Origin: Methanotrichaceae archaeon
Lineage (GTDB): Archaea; Halobacteriota; Methanosarcinia; Methanotrichales; Methanotrichaceae
Direction: 5' to 3'
Length of the DNA: 64,000 nucleotides
Assembly (NCBI GenBank): GCA_963803145.1
Contig: CAWDLW010000027.1
Coordinates: 32,001 to 96,000 of the forward strand
Positions 62,581 through 64,000 of the stretch are shown here, piece after piece; within the stretch, counting starts at the first letter, position 1; every line of letters begins with the position of its first letter. The position numbers and the translations under genes were made by a program. The notes under the pieces were generated by a model. It was not told the DNA's origin. It saw only the letters and a list, made by a program, of their open reading frames with translations, and made no database searches.

Positions 62581-64000
62581 ATGGTGAATATGGAGACTTG
62601 GGCTAAAGAGTGGTTAGAGGATCAAAGAAAGAAAGGAGTTAAATGCCTTGAAATAAAACAGCATGGCGCTAAGCATTATGTTTACCATTCCACGACACAT
62701 TGGGATAAAACTCAAAATAAAGCGATAAAGACCTCAAAATATATTGGTAAACTTGATCAAGAGCGCGGTTTAATAAGGTCCCATGAAGAAGATAGCCAAA
62801 ATGTAAAGGTTGAAAAGTCAACAAAGGTTAGAAGCATTACCGAGTACGGCAATGCCCTTTTGCTTCACGAAGCCATGAAAGACATAAAACCGCTATTGAT
62901 GGAAGGTTTTCCTAACAATTGGTCGGAAATTTATTCGCTTTCTATGTTGAGAGTTATGGGAAATGTCCCTTTAAAAAGAGCTGAAAGCGCATGGCAAAAG
63001 CTCTATAATGTGGAATCCATTGAACCTAATCTCAAGTCTCAACATCTCTCTAAAGTAATGCAAGATATTGGCGGCAACCGCAAAGGTCAGAGCATATTAT
63101 TTAAGGGCCTTCTCGATCAAAGTGAACAGCTTGTATACGATTTAAGTTATATATTTTCGCGTTCTGTAAGCATACGTCAAGCAGAAAAGGGCTATAATAA
63201 AGATAAAATTCAATTACCTCAAATTAACATAGTGCTACTTTGTAACGCTGAAACTGGGCTGCCAACTATGATAAGATCCCTTCCAGGCAGTGTCAAAGAC
63301 ATAGCAACCCTGAGAAAATCCCTTTCTGAATTTGATATCCAAAACAAGATGCTCATATTGGATAGAGGTTTCTCCTCAGAAGATGTCTTTTCGGATTTAA
63401 ATGAACTTGATATCTCATACCTTATTCCGGCGAAAAGAAATAGCCATTATTATGATACGCGCATTCACCTAAATAGTCACTTTCGCTACCGTAAGCGGCT
63501 AATTCGATGTGGTAGCAGAATGTGCAAAGACAAGTATCTCTATCTATTTGAAGATCAAGAACTCTTGCTTGAAGAGCGTAATACCCTTTACGATAAACTT
63601 GATAAAGGTGAGATTGATAGAAATCACTTTGATAAAAATTTTAAAAAAGCTGGAAGGATTTTAATTCTGTCAAATCGAAAGATGTCTGAGCAGGAAGCTT
63701 ATGAATTCTACAAGAAAAGGGACGTTGTCGAGAAATTATTCGATACCTATAAATCAACTTTGTATGCAGATAGATTATACCTACATAACGATGAAAGCGT
63801 TTTCGGACATGTATTTATTGGATTTTTATCTCTCTACGCATATTGTAAAATCGAATCTCTATTAAAGAAAGCCAATCTAAATAGAACTATGATACCAATG
63901 GATTTACTATTTGAGTTTAGCAAAATATATCATATCGACTTTGGTGAAGAGGACGCTATTATGGAAATTCCTAAGAAAGTTCGTGATCTAGATGTAAGGC
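62581..64000 (+). CDS. IS1634-family transposase (runs off the window end)
   Basis: Open frame: METWAKEWLE...KYIGKLD, LVYDLS, ILDRGF and YKKRDVVEKLFDTYK. Probable left end near 62480. Confidence 0.85.
   Translation, partial: MVNMETWAKEWLEDQRKKGVKCLEIKQHGAKHYVYHSTTHWDKTQNKAIKTSKYIGKLDQERGLIRSHEEDSQNVKVEKSTKVRSITEYGNALLLHEAMKDIKPLLMEGFPNNWSEIYSLSMLRVMGNVPLKRAESAWQKLYNVESIEPNLKSQHLSKVMQDIGGNRKGQSILFKGLLDQSEQLVYDLSYIFSRSVSIRQAEKGYNKDKIQLPQINIVLLCNAETGLPTMIRSLPGSVKDIATLRKSLSEFDIQNKMLILDRGFSSEDVFSDLNELDISYLIPAKRNSHYYDTRIHLNSHFRYRKRLIRCGSRMCKDKYLYLFEDQELLLEERNTLYDKLDKGEIDRNHFDKNFKKAGRILILSNRKMSEQEAYEFYKKRDVVEKLFDTYKSTLYADRLYLHNDESVFGHVFIGFLSLYAYCKIESLLKKANLNRTMIPMDLLFEFSKIYHIDFGEEDAIMEIPKKVRDLDVR

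Overview
Accessory-rich window from an archaeon, most likely a Methanothrix/Methanotrichaceae-like methanogen; this is inferred from MC1, the PAS hybrid kinase, pentapeptide/channel proteins, an HAE3-RND + COG1361 pair and the IS content. 0-11 kb holds a PLP decarboxylase, a hybrid histidine kinase, a catalase-rubrerythrin cassette between an intact and a decayed copy of one gene, an ICMT and MC1. About 12-23.7 kb is a tandem integrative island at tRNA-Gly(CCC): a ~4-kb integrase element bounded by a 48-bp att duplication, plus an older element. In the older element an OLD-like ATPase-TOPRIM gene is split by IS1 and IS66, and a membrane-protein gene is split by a 172-bp MITE. The most striking feature is at 28.9-35.3 kb: five tandem paralogues, each with its own leader and terminator, encoding secreted, acidic, Cys/Asn/Gln-rich proteins built from a 35-aa repeat. 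In all five, the predicted mature N-terminus (17 aa) and the C-terminus (18 aa) add up to exactly one repeat, which suggests uncapped beta-solenoids that polymerise head-to-tail (candidate archaeal curli/Fap-like fibre system). 35-48 kb holds IS630/IS701 insertions, a bacterial-type secDF remnant with COG4705, an ABC exporter operon and a PAP2-polyprenol kinase fusion. 48-64 kb holds TPR, UppS-like, DUF1624, Cache, flippase-like and RND/COG1361 genes, a secreted (C-x-T-G-S-G)n protein and a window-truncated IS1634. All calls come from reading the sequence by eye; no database searches were run.
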